From the NCBI GenBank assembly GCA_036918135.1, contig JBALDB010000007.1:288001-352000 (forward strand): 64,000 bases of DNA. The letters run 5' to 3'. This document shows, in pieces, positions 29,569 through 38,686 of the stretch. Source of the stretch: Nostoc sp. (GTDB lineage: Bacteria > Cyanobacteriota > Cyanobacteriia > Cyanobacteriales > Nostocaceae). Position 1 is the stretch's first letter; each line of letters opens with the position of its first letter. The notes under the pieces were generated by a model that did not search any database, had not been told where the DNA came from, and was given only the letters and a program-made list of their open reading frames with translations. A program made the position numbers and the translations under genes.

Positions 29569-29619
29569 ATTTTCCCCAAATGAGAATGATTATTTTTATG
29601 AAATAGATGATTGGGCTGC

Positions 29620-29800
29620 TAAGTAGAAAGACTAAATTAAACCTAACTTGAGATTATCAGGTTTCGACTGCGCTCAACCCCCTTCTAGTCAGGCTCTTGA
29701 GCATTGAGCGAACTTGTACTGACTTGTGCCGACTAAAGCCGAGGTAGCGTAGTCGAAGTAGTCGAAATGCATCTTCTAAATAATTGTGTCTACCTACTTA
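29620..29800. mobile_element. MITE-like element (TAAGTAG...CTACTTA ends), copy 2
   Basis: taagtagaaagactaaatta ... taattgtgtctacctactta, with internal ttcgactgcgctcaa / ttgagcg...gtcgaa palindromic pieces. Confidence 0.65.
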
Positions 29801-29934
29801 TTTTGGCATTCACGGTACATAACTGACTAAATTAACCATATCAGCGATGGACAGTGATATTGCTGCTTTAAAAGGCAAAAATCAAAAAGCTGATTAAGAA
29901 GTAAAACGTTCGATCGCAAATCAAGCTTTGGAAT

Positions 29935-31035
29935 CTAGTCAAAAATTTCATTTTGCAAGGGTAAAGTGACGATGAACGTTGTCCCAACATTGATTTGGCT
30001 TTTGAGTGCGATCGTTCCACCATATTGCTCAACTGCCTGTTTAACAATTGTCAGCCCTAATCCGGTTCCTGGAATTTTGCCTACGTTACTAGCACGATAA
30101 AAGGATTCAAATAATCGTTCTTGGTCTGCTGAAGCAATGCCGATGCCCTCATCCTGCACTTGAAATATTACGGCTTCGGATTTACATTGCAGTCTCACTT
30201 GAATGGTGCTATCAGGGGCAGAGTATTTAATAGCATTAGATAATAAATTGGTTAAAATGTGCCGCAGTAAGGCTTCATCTATCTCAACTGTCACACATTC
30301 GTCTTCGCAATAAAATTTAATCGTGTGATTACTGCCTGTACTGAATTTGATTTCTTCGATTAGCTTGCGGCAAAAAGGCTCAAGTGCAAGTTTAACGGGA
30401 TTAGACACCAGAGGAGCAGCTTCAGATTTTCCCAGGATTAAAACATCATCCAGCAAGGCAATCATTCGGGCAACAGCAGCTAGGATGCGTCTGAAAAAGT
30501 CATCTCGCTGTTCTGGAAGCAAGTTACGCTCTTGCAGTAAACGAGTGAAACCGGAAATTGTACTTAAGGGGCTACGAAATTCATGGGAAACTATTGAGAC
30601 AAAGCGCGATTTTAGTTCTCTAAGTTCGCGTTCTTGCTCTAGTGCAGTCTGAAGCTCTAGTGAGAGCCGCCGCGATCGCAACAGCATTTCCACTCTTGCC
30701 TGCAACTCTAACTTTTCCAGCGGTTTTGTAATTAGCTCATCGATAGTTTGCCACAAATGCCGTGTTAATAGTTTTACGTCAGTACGTAGAGTAATTAGCA
30801 AAAAGGGCAAAAAAACGGGTTGCTCTTGGTATTTTCTTGCTTGCACCCATTCCCAAAGGCGATCGAGTGCTGGGCCGTCAAGAATGCATAAATCAAATGG
30901 TTGATCTAAAAGCGGTACGGCTTTTCCTGCTTGGACAATTGAGTCGGCGATCGCAACCTCATAATATATACTCAGCCACTCTGCTAACAGGCGACGATTC
31001 TCAAATTGCTCTATAACTATTAAAATTCGACTCAT
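29935..31035 (-). CDS. Hybrid kinase: atypical receiver domain + HisKA + HATPase
   Basis: FDLCILD, ITKP, SHEFRSPL, NLLSNAIKYS, DEGIGI and GTGLGL motifs. Confidence 0.92.
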   Translation of the reverse strand: MSRILIVIEQFENRRLLAEWLSIYYEVAIADSIVQAGKAVPLLDQPFDLCILDGPALDRLWEWVQARKYQEQPVFLPFLLITLRTDVKLLTRHLWQTIDELITKPLEKLELQARVEMLLRSRRLSLELQTALEQERELRELKSRFVSIVSHEFRSPLSTISGFTRLLQERNLLPEQRDDFFRRILAAVARMIALLDDVLILGKSEAAPLVSNPVKLALEPFCRKLIEEIKFSTGSNHTIKFYCEDECVTVEIDEALLRHILTNLLSNAIKYSAPDSTIQVRLQCKSEAVIFQVQDEGIGIASADQERLFESFYRASNVGKIPGTGLGLTIVKQAVEQYGGTIALKSQINVGTTFIVTLPLQNEIFD

Positions 31036-31113
31036 CGCTCATTCTCTTGCTCATTGGCAATGCTGTCGCCAAGGTTTTTCACTAGCTCTGGCTAAATCAA
31101 CATAGCTACGCTA

Positions 31114-32559
31114 TCACAATTCATCCGCAAGTATTTCAGGCACTCCAGTCAACACACCTCGCAACTTTGTCAGTGGCCTGCCGACTTTAATTCCGTAGCG
31201 ACTAATTTCAAATTCGCGCAAGGTTTTCTCAAAGTCTGTCATCCGCTTCTTGAGAACGCCAATCGTTCGCCGGAGTTCGCCTTGTATTTCTAAGTAGCGC
31301 AGAAATATAATCGTGTCTGCCAAATAGCTAATTCCAATTTCTGTAACTCTAAATTCTCCTGTAATCGTTTCAATTTCGTTGATTAGCAGCACAGCAACAC
31401 CCATGTTTTGCAGATACTTACATAGCGAATGGATGTGGCTAATCAAGTCTTTTCCGCGCACCGAAAGCCGATAGCCGGATACACTATCGATCATCACAAT
31501 TCGCGCCTGTTGTTGCTCTACTTCCTGACGCACGAGGTTAGCAAATTCATCGGGTGTATAATACAGCGGCTCTACTTGCACAACTGAAAGTGTCCCCTTA
31601 TCCTGCATCGCACCAACCGCAATGTTGATACCTTCAGCACGGCGCAGCAGCGTTTCTTTTCTTTCCTCAAAGGTGTAAATCACCGAACGTTCGCCCCGTC
31701 CGGCGGCTTCTTTCATAAACTGAAGTCCCAACGTGCTTTTACCCACGCCGCTGGGGCCGCTAATGATAGTAATCGTGCTGCGTTCAATGCCACCGTGCAG
31801 TAACTCATCGATTTCCGGGATGCCAGAGGAGATTACTTGAGTATTAAAATCTTCTTGTGCATAATCTTGAGGTACTAACCGAGGAAACAGATGCACTCCC
31901 GTACTAGTTAAGCGGATTGCATGATGTCCATGTTGAAAGTTACTCCCCCGAAACTTAGAAATACAGAGTGTGCGCTCATCTTGACTAAACTTCAGATTGA
32001 TTACTCCATCACTCATAAACTGTAAATCATCGTCGGGCGCTTCTTCACTGCTCTCTGATGTGAATAGAACAGTTGTACTTTGCTCTACTAAAAATCTTAG
32101 AAACGACAGCACTTGTTTGCGAAACTGAAACGTATCGCTCGCCAGGTAACGAAACTGCGTCATCGAATCAATAAAAATGCGTTGTGGCTTGAGGGCTTCT
32201 ACCTGCTCTACAATCCGCCGGGTTGTGGGTTCACGTTCCACCTCAGCTGGTGAGAAAATATCGTAAGTCTGAACTTGGGCGAAAAATTCAGGTGTAGGGC
32301 TAAGGTCAAGAAAAGTGACACCTTCTAGGTCAAATCCCAGCCCAAGGGCAGTTCGCCTGAGTTGGGTGACGGTTTCTCCCAAGGTAACGAACAAAACCTG
32401 TTCGCCGTTTGTTGCCCCTGTTATTAAGAAATGCATTCCCAGTGTTGTTTTGCCGACTCCCGGCCCACCCCGAATTAAATAGGTGCGATTTGGAACATAA
32501 CCGCCACAGAGAACTTCGTCTAAACCCGAAATTCCCGAAGACAAACGATTTTCAGACAT
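31114..32559 (-). CDS. KaiC-like double RecA-fold ATPase (not clock KaiC1)
   Basis: Two SSGI..LDE.L.GG domains, Walker A GGPGVGKT and GPSGVGKS, IDS Walker B, KFRG/KKR arginine fingers. Confidence 0.9.
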   Translation of the reverse strand: MSENRLSSGISGLDEVLCGGYVPNRTYLIRGGPGVGKTTLGMHFLITGATNGEQVLFVTLGETVTQLRRTALGLGFDLEGVTFLDLSPTPEFFAQVQTYDIFSPAEVEREPTTRRIVEQVEALKPQRIFIDSMTQFRYLASDTFQFRKQVLSFLRFLVEQSTTVLFTSESSEEAPDDDLQFMSDGVINLKFSQDERTLCISKFRGSNFQHGHHAIRLTSTGVHLFPRLVPQDYAQEDFNTQVISSGIPEIDELLHGGIERSTITIISGPSGVGKSTLGLQFMKEAAGRGERSVIYTFEERKETLLRRAEGINIAVGAMQDKGTLSVVQVEPLYYTPDEFANLVRQEVEQQQARIVMIDSVSGYRLSVRGKDLISHIHSLCKYLQNMGVAVLLINEIETITGEFRVTEIGISYLADTIIFLRYLEIQGELRRTIGVLKKRMTDFEKTLREFEISRYGIKVGRPLTKLRGVLTGVPEILADEL

Positions 32560-33059
32560 TTGCGAACAGTCTTCCTTTCCCTATTAACTAACTCAAGCCC
32601 AGAATGGCATATTATTTGTGCTGCATAGGTTTTAAGTGCTAATTTTGATATGAAAAATTTCGGCTTGTACTGGCTTAGAAAGTACACTTTTTTGCAGCAT
32701 AAATTTTAACCAAGCAGGAGCTTGAAAGTTCAAGCTTGAATTCACCGAGAATTAGGATATCATCAACCATAACCCTACAAACCTAGATTTTCTTGTGATT
32801 AATTTACAAGTATTTATACTTATAATTAATTACACAAAAGGGAAGAAGAAAATCCTATCTGTATTAAGGAAATAAAAGTAAGCTTTTAAGCAACAAACAA
32901 TTAGTTCCCCTTCCCCTGATTACTTACTCTTAAACACTTATTTGCACTGGCTACATCAAAACTACGATCGCCTAAAGGTGTTGTACGAGAATGGAAGGCG
33001 ATCGCTTCCCATTCTCATCGGAAAGTGTAAATTTTCCCCACACTAAATAGCGTTATTTG

Positions 33060-34790
33060 TCAAGTAGAAGCTTTCACCGCTGCTTGGGCTTGTGAGTGCA
33101 ACAACAAACCATATTCCAAGCCCTCCACCACCGCTTGATAGGAAGCTTCCAAAATGTTAGTGGAAACCCCTACAGTTGTCCAGCGTTGACGACCATCGCC
33201 AGATTCTACGAATACGCGGGTTTTCGCCGCAGTACCCGCATGTCCGTTGAGAATCCGCACTTTGTAGTCTGTCAAATCAAAAGTTGCAATTTGAGGATAA
33301 AAGTTCACCAAAGCCTTGCGTAAAGCGGCATCCAACGCTGCAACCGGGCCGTTACCTTCCGCTGCCTCCAGAATATTCTTACCGTCAACAGCGATTTTGA
33401 TTGTTGCTAGGGCGTTAGTAGTTTCTTTGCCCTCAATCAAATCACAATGGACTTGAAAACCTTTGACTTCAAAAAACTTTTGGCGTCTTCCCAAAGCTTC
33501 ATGCATCAACAGTGCAAAACTAGCCTCTGCTGCTTCAAATTGAAATCCTTCACTCTCCAAATCTTTGAGACGCTGAAGAATTTGCTTAGCCTCTGCCTTT
33601 AATCGATCCAATTCAATGCCAAAACTGCGGGCTTTGGCTAAAACATTGCTCAGTCCCGACTGTTCAGAAATCACGATGCGGCGACGATTCCCTACTCGTT
33701 CCGGTTGCATGTGTTCGTAAGTCAGAGGATTACGTTCCACAGCAGATACATGAATACCACCTTTGTGTGCAAAAGCCGAACGTCCTACAAAGGGAGCGTG
33801 TTCATCAGGAGCAAGATTAACCACCTCACTCACAAAACGACTCGCTTCTGTAAGTTGTCTTAGCTGGTCTTCTGTGATACAACTGTAACCCAGTTTCAGT
33901 TGTAAATTAGGAATTAAAGAACAGAGGTTAGCATTACCGCAACGTTCGCCGTAACCGTTAATTGTACCTTGTACCATCTTTGCCCCTGCCATCACAGCTG
34001 CTAGGGCATTAGCAACCGCCATTTCCGAATCGTTATGAGTGTGAATTCCGATTTGGGGCATTGTCCTTTCTCTTTTCTGATTTGTCATTGTTTCTTGACT
34101 AATGACGCCAGTTGCTTCTCCTAACGGAGACGCTGCGCGAACAACGGAGGGAACCTCCGCAACGCACTGGCTCACTAATGACAAATGACTAATGACATCT
34201 TGAACAATTTGGCTAACTTCGTGGGGTAAAGTGCCGCCATTGGTATCACACAGGACTAGCCATTCAGCACCAGATGCGATCGCAGCCTCTAATGTCTGTA
34301 AAGCATAACCTGGATTGTGCTTATAGCCATCAAACCAATGTTCGGCATCGTAAATCGCGCGACGCCCTTGAGAACGGAGGTACTCAATTGTGTCACGAAT
34401 CATTGCCAAATTTTCTTCCAACGTCGTCTTGAGTCCGGCTGTGACATGTAAATCCCAAGACTTGCCAAAAATTGTCACCCAGCGAGTTCCCGCAGCCAGA
34501 ATCGCTTGTAGCATCGGTTCTTCTGCCGCACAAGTGTTAGGGCGTCGAGTCGAACAGAAAGCAACAACTTCTGCATGTTTGAGCGGATCTTCTCTCAGTT
34601 GCCAGAAAAATTGTACATCCTTAGGATTGGCACCAGGCCAACCGCCTTCAATAAAGGGAATTCCCAGTTGATCGAGTCTTCTGGCAATGCGTAACTTATC
34701 TTCTATCGATACAGATAGCCCCTCGCGCTGAGTGCCATCCCGTAATGTAGTGTCATAGAGCCAAAGTTGAGGTGAGGAAATTGTAGTCAT
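33060..34790 (-). CDS. cimA: Citramalate synthase
   Basis: YDTTLRDGTQ, HTHND, GERCGNAN, HKGGIH, EGNGPV.ALD and DYKVR motifs; carries an in-frame repeat-derived insert. Confidence 0.9.
   Translation of the reverse strand: MTTISSPQLWLYDTTLRDGTQREGLSVSIEDKLRIARRLDQLGIPFIEGGWPGANPKDVQFFWQLREDPLKHAEVVAFCSTRRPNTCAAEEPMLQAILAAGTRWVTIFGKSWDLHVTAGLKTTLEENLAMIRDTIEYLRSQGRRAIYDAEHWFDGYKHNPGYALQTLEAAIASGAEWLVLCDTNGGTLPHEVSQIVQDVISHLSLVSQCVAEVPSVVRAASPLGEATGVISQETMTNQKRERTMPQIGIHTHNDSEMAVANALAAVMAGAKMVQGTINGYGERCGNANLCSLIPNLQLKLGYSCITEDQLRQLTEASRFVSEVVNLAPDEHAPFVGRSAFAHKGGIHVSAVERNPLTYEHMQPERVGNRRRIVISEQSGLSNVLAKARSFGIELDRLKAEAKQILQRLKDLESEGFQFEAAEASFALLMHEALGRRQKFFEVKGFQVHCDLIEGKETTNALATIKIAVDGKNILEAAEGNGPVAALDAALRKALVNFYPQIATFDLTDYKVRILNGHAGTAAKTRVFVESGDGRQRWTTVGVSTNILEASYQAVVEGLEYGLLLHSQAQAAVKAST
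34097..34196. repeat. Nested small repeats inserted in-frame in cimA
   Basis: STRR heptamers flank cgccagttgct[tctcctaacggagacgctgcgcga]acaacggagggaacctccgcaacgcactggct. Confidence 0.8.
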
Positions 34791-34866
34791 AAAACTCGGG
34801 CCGACGAGACAACTTTCGAGGCAATATGTCAATATACAACAAAAAGTCAGTTTGGCAATTTAAAAA

Positions 34867-35202
34867 ATGCCTAAGGTATTAGCTCAAGGTAAAACAATTG
34901 AGTGCGAGCAAGCAATCTCCGCAAAATTTTGCAGCAAAATAGTATTGACCTCTACAATGACGGTGCTAAGGTAATAAACTGTCGAGTTATTGCCAGTTAC
35001 AATAACTGCACGGTTAAAGTAGAGGGCGAAGTCTCAGCAGCGAATTGACCCAAGCAACACGTCGTTAGCTTCCTCCCCATTTTCCAACAACAGACCTACG
35101 TAAGAAACCGTAAAACGCAGGCTTTAGACGACGTGAATGTGATAAAAGTTTGATGGATTTTGGGGACAAGGTTCTCGAAAAGTGTGGACACCAAAAGGTT
35201 AA
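34867..35202 (+). pseudogene. 2Fe-2S ferredoxin pseudogene
   Basis: MPKVLAQGKTIEC..NLRKIL..IDLYN..AKVINC..C.VKVEGEVSAAN*..LPPH..FDGFWGQGS..WTP across frameshifts and stops; Cys ligands partly lost. Confidence 0.8.
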
Positions 35203-35218
35203 AAAGGAGTAAAACAAG

Positions 35219-35614
35219 ATGGGTAGATGGACACCCCTAATATTAATGGCTGGAGGTCTAGCCATTTTACTTGGTACATTACTAGGCATTAACTTTCCGA
35301 TGGGCGTACAAACCGCCAATAATCCCAGCGGCAAAAAATCAGAAGTTCTGCCAGCTAATATTAATGTTAATAGCAGTGCTGGCAGCCAGAACGATGAAAC
35401 TGCAACTGACGAAACTCCCACAACTCAAACAAATCAAAATAAACGCTCGATTGTAGCCCCAAGGCCTGATAACAGGAGCAGCGTTGCCCAGAATCCTACC
35501 AACGACTCAACCTCATCTCCTGACAATACAACAGACTCTAATACAGACTCTTCCACAAGCGATAGCTCATCAAGTGATTCAAATCCCAGCGAACCAATTC
35601 GAGCCTTGTGGTAA
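35219..35614 (+). CDS. Membrane-anchored Ser/Thr/Asp-rich hypothetical protein
   Basis: AAGGAG RBS, N-terminal TM segment, low-complexity body, C-terminal PIRALW. Confidence 0.75.
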   Translation: MGRWTPLILMAGGLAILLGTLLGINFPMGVQTANNPSGKKSEVLPANINVNSSAGSQNDETATDETPTTQTNQNKRSIVAPRPDNRSSVAQNPTNDSTSSPDNTTDSNTDSSTSDSSSSDSNPSEPIRALW

Positions 35615-35839
35615 AGGTTGCTAGTATTGTTTGGCAGAATTGGTAATTTGTAATACTCGCCTCCAGCGAGAAGCAAATTACGTAATTCGTAATTACCGTT
35701 GCATAAGCGTTTTAGACATTTCAAATGGTTGGTTTATTTACGCGCCCGCTTTACTAGTCTTTAGTTATTCCTTTATTAGTTATGATTTATTAGTCATGCA
35801 CTAATGCTCGATGGCTAATGAGCAATGACTAAATGACTA

Positions 35840-37870
35840 ATGACTAGTGAAATTGTAATTATTGGTGGCGGCGTTATCGGTTTAGCGATCGCCATTGAAC
35901 TCAAACTACGGGGGACAAATGTCACCGTGGTTTGTCGTGATTTCCAGGCTGCTGCTACCCACGCTGCCGCTGGGATGTTGGCACCAGATGCCGAAAAAAT
36001 CCCGAACGAGGCAATGCGTTCTTTGTGTTGGCGATCGCGTGCTTTATATGCCGACTGGACGCGTAAACTGGAAGAATTGACTGGCCTAAATACCAACTAT
36101 TGGCCTTGCGGTATCCTCACACCTATTTTTCAAGAGGCACAGGGGCAGGGAATAGGCGGCAAGGGGGAAAATGAAAAATTACCTCTTTCCCCTCTGCTCC
36201 CTGCTTCCCGCCCCCCTGCCTCCTATTCCCCCTCATACTGGTTAGACAAAGAAGCAATTCATCAATATCAGCCAGGATTGGGAGCCGAAGTAGTTGGTGG
36301 CTGGTGGTATCCCGAAGATGCCCAAGTCGATAATAAGACTCTAGCTCAAGTACTGCGGACAGCAGCCGAATCTATTGGTGTTGAACTTAAAGACGGCGTT
36401 ATAGTAGAAGCATTTTTACAGCAACAGGGACAAGTTGTTGGCATCCAAACGAATAGTGGAGTAATTCGCGCCGCCCATTATGTTTTAGCTTCAGGTGCTT
36501 GGGCGAATGAGTTGTTACCATTACCCGTGCGTCCTCGAAAAGGACAAATATTGAGTGTAAAAATACCGGAATTTGTACCGGAATTGCCGTTGCAGCGGAT
36601 TTTGTTTGGGGAAGATATTTACATTGTACCCAGACGCGATCGCTCGCTGATTATTGGGGCAACAAGCGAAGATGTTGGTTTTACACCCCACAACACCCCA
36701 GACGGCATTCAAACATTACTCCAAGCGGCCATCCGGCTGTATCCGCAATTAAAACATTATCCCATACTCCAATTCTGGTGGGGATTTCGCCCAGCCAGTG
36801 CCGACGAATTACCCATTCTCGGCAGTAGCTATTGTAAAAATTTAACCTTTGCCACTGGTCATTACCGTAACGGGATTCTACTTGCACCCGTAACAGCAGC
36901 ATTGATTGCTGATTTCATCTTGGAACAAAAATCTGACCCCCTACTTGCTGATTTTCATTATTCGCGCTTCCAGCCCCAGCCATCTACCCGCACCCCCATG
37001 CTCACTCACTCTGCCAATTTCTCCAACGGACACCTTACCCCCCCACTCCCCACAGACGCAATTAATCGCGTCTCTACCGACTCGCCATTAATTATCGCAG
37101 GCAAAACCTTCCAATCCCGCTTGATGACGGGAACTGGTAAGTATCGCAGCATTGAACAAATGCAACAAAGTATCGCCGCCAGTGATTGCGAAATTGTTAC
37201 CGTAGCAGTCCGACGAGTACAAACTAAAGCCCCTGGACACGAAGGTTTAGCAGAAGCTTTAGATTGGACAAAAATCTGGATGTTGCCCAACACCGCAGGT
37301 TGTCAAACTGCCGATGAGGCGATTCGGGTGGCGCGTTTGGGGCGAGAAATGGCGAAATTATTGGGACAGGAAGATAATAACTTTGTTAAGTTAGAAGTCA
37401 TACCCGATCCTAAATATTTACTTCCAGACCCCATTGGCACACTAGAAGCAGCAGAACAACTAGTTAAAGAAGGTTTTGCAGTATTGCCCTATATCAACGC
37501 TGACCCGATGTTAGCCAAACGCTTGGAAGATGTAGGCTGTGCTACGGTGATGCCTTTAGCGTCGCCAATTGGTTCTGGACAAGGGCTAAAAACAACCGCC
37601 AATATCCAAATCATCATCGAAAATGCAAGTATACCTGTGGTGGTAGATGCTGGGATTGGTTCACCCTCCCAAGCCGCTCAGGCAATGGAATTGGGAGCAG
37701 ACGCTTTGTTGATTAATAGTGCGATCGCTCTAGCTCAAAACCCCGCAGCAATGGCTCGTGCCATGAATTTAGCAACAGTTGCCGGTCGTTTGGCATACCT
37801 TGCTGGCAGAATGCCCATTAAAGATTACGCCAGTGCTAGTTCGCCTCTGACTGGGACGATTACTAATTAG
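35840..37870 (+). CDS. thiO-thiG: Bifunctional glycine oxidase ThiO / thiazole synthase ThiG
   Basis: GGGVIG, AAAGML and [11 protein letters not shown] (ThiO); [22 protein letters not shown] and SPIGSGQG (ThiG). Confidence 0.95.
   Translation: MTSEIVIIGGGVIGLAIAIELKLRGTNVTVVCRDFQAAATHAAAGMLAPDAEKIPNEAMRSLCWRSRALYADWTRKLEELTGLNTNYWPCGILTPIFQEAQGQGIGGKGENEKLPLSPLLPASRPPASYSPSYWLDKEAIHQYQPGLGAEVVGGWWYPEDAQVDNKTLAQVLRTAAESIGVELKDGVIVEAFLQQQGQVVGIQTNSGVIRAAHYVLASGAWANELLPLPVRPRKGQILSVKIPEFVPELPLQRILFGEDIYIVPRRDRSLIIGATSEDVGFTPHNTPDGIQTLLQAAIRLYPQLKHYPILQFWWGFRPASADELPILGSSYCKNLTFATGHYRNGILLAPVTAALIADFILEQKSDPLLADFHYSRFQPQPSTRTPMLTHSANFSNGHLTPPLPTDAINRVSTDSPLIIAGKTFQSRLMTGTGKYRSIEQMQQSIAASDCEIVTVAVRRVQTKAPGHEGLAEALDWTKIWMLPNTAGCQTADEAIRVARLGREMAKLLGQEDNNFVKLEVIPDPKYLLPDPIGTLEAAEQLVKEGFAVLPYINADPMLAKRLEDVGCATVMPLASPIGSGQGLKTTANIQIIIENASIPVVVDAGIGSPSQAAQAMELGADALLINSAIALAQNPAAMARAMNLATVAGRLAYLAGRMPIKDYASASSPLTGTITN
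37052..37075. repeat. 24-bp SDR-like palindromic element in-frame in the ThiO-ThiG linker
   Basis: ACAGACGCAATTAATCGCGTCTCT, encoding TDAINRVS. Confidence 0.7.
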
Positions 37871-38025
37871 GGAATGGGGACTGGGAAATAATTCTTTTAA
37901 CTCTTAATATCCAGTGGGCAATCCCTAATACCCAATCCCCAATGTAACGATTTGTCTAGCATTTTTTGAGCAAAACTCGTATTTATGTAACATTAAATGA
38001 AGAATAAAGATAAAGGAATTGATTC

Positions 38026-38196
38026 ATGCCCTATACAACCGAAGAAGGCGGCCGCCTGAATAATTTTGCCAAGGAACCGAAGATTTATCAAGCAGAACCT
38101 GCTACGGAAGGCCAAAAGCGAACCTATATTTTTGTAGGAATCGCGGCTGCTGCTTTGGTTGGTGGCTTGATTTCAGTCGCTTTCTTGGTTTCCTAA
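38026..38196 (+). CDS. psb34: Photosystem II assembly factor Psb34 (Ssl1498 family), 56 aa
   Basis: Below the track cutoff. MPYTTEEGGRLNNFAKEPKIYQAEP plus a C-terminal TM segment; AAGGA RBS. Confidence 0.9.
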   Translation: MPYTTEEGGRLNNFAKEPKIYQAEPATEGQKRTYIFVGIAAAALVGGLISVAFLVS

Positions 38197-38245
38197 AACT
38201 GTTGAGCGTAAAATATTTTAATAAAATTTCATTTTTGTAGTTTTT

Positions 38246-38278
38246 CAGGTTCCGATTTCAGGAGGAGCCTGCTTTTTT
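38246..38278 (+). terminator. Rho-independent terminator of psb34
   Basis: caggttcc...ggagcctg followed by TTTTTT. Confidence 0.6.
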
Positions 38279-38686
38279 ATTTTTTGTTAGAATTAATTTA
38301 ATCAGTAAGTATAATTACATACCTTCTTATTCTACCAAACCTAAAAAGTTCAACTTATACCAAATTGGAGAAGTAGTGTTATTGGTAATTCCACTGAACA
38401 GCTTTGTAATTAAGAATTTTAATCAAAAATTGCAAATCTGTCTTAGAAAGTGATGCTCCTACCTCGAATAGAGCTGCGCTAATAAATCGCTGCAAGTCTT
38501 AGCTTTGACGCCAGAAGATTCCGATGCAAGGCGCTGAGGTAGCACTGGCTCAACTTTTCATAAAATGCAAAATTATTCTCAGCAGCACAACATTCACTTA
38601 GAAATCATTGCTGATAATGAAATTTTTAGCTAACTTCGATCGACCTATAAAGGTGATATATACTGTCTTTTGGCTCTTTAGCCGCC

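Noticed and set aside
29581..29595. Zur/Fur-like box TGAGAATGATTATTT
   Set aside because: It lies between convergent genes with no downstream start codon to regulate.
31114..32559. Canonical circadian kaiC
   Set aside because: No kaiA or kaiB is adjacent, the ST phosphosite pair is SY, and the KaiA-binding C-terminal tail is absent.
38451..38550. Possible structured ncRNA upstream of the TPR gene (tacctc...gaggta pairing)
   Set aside because: The pairing is short and matches no RNA family I recognise; insufficient support.
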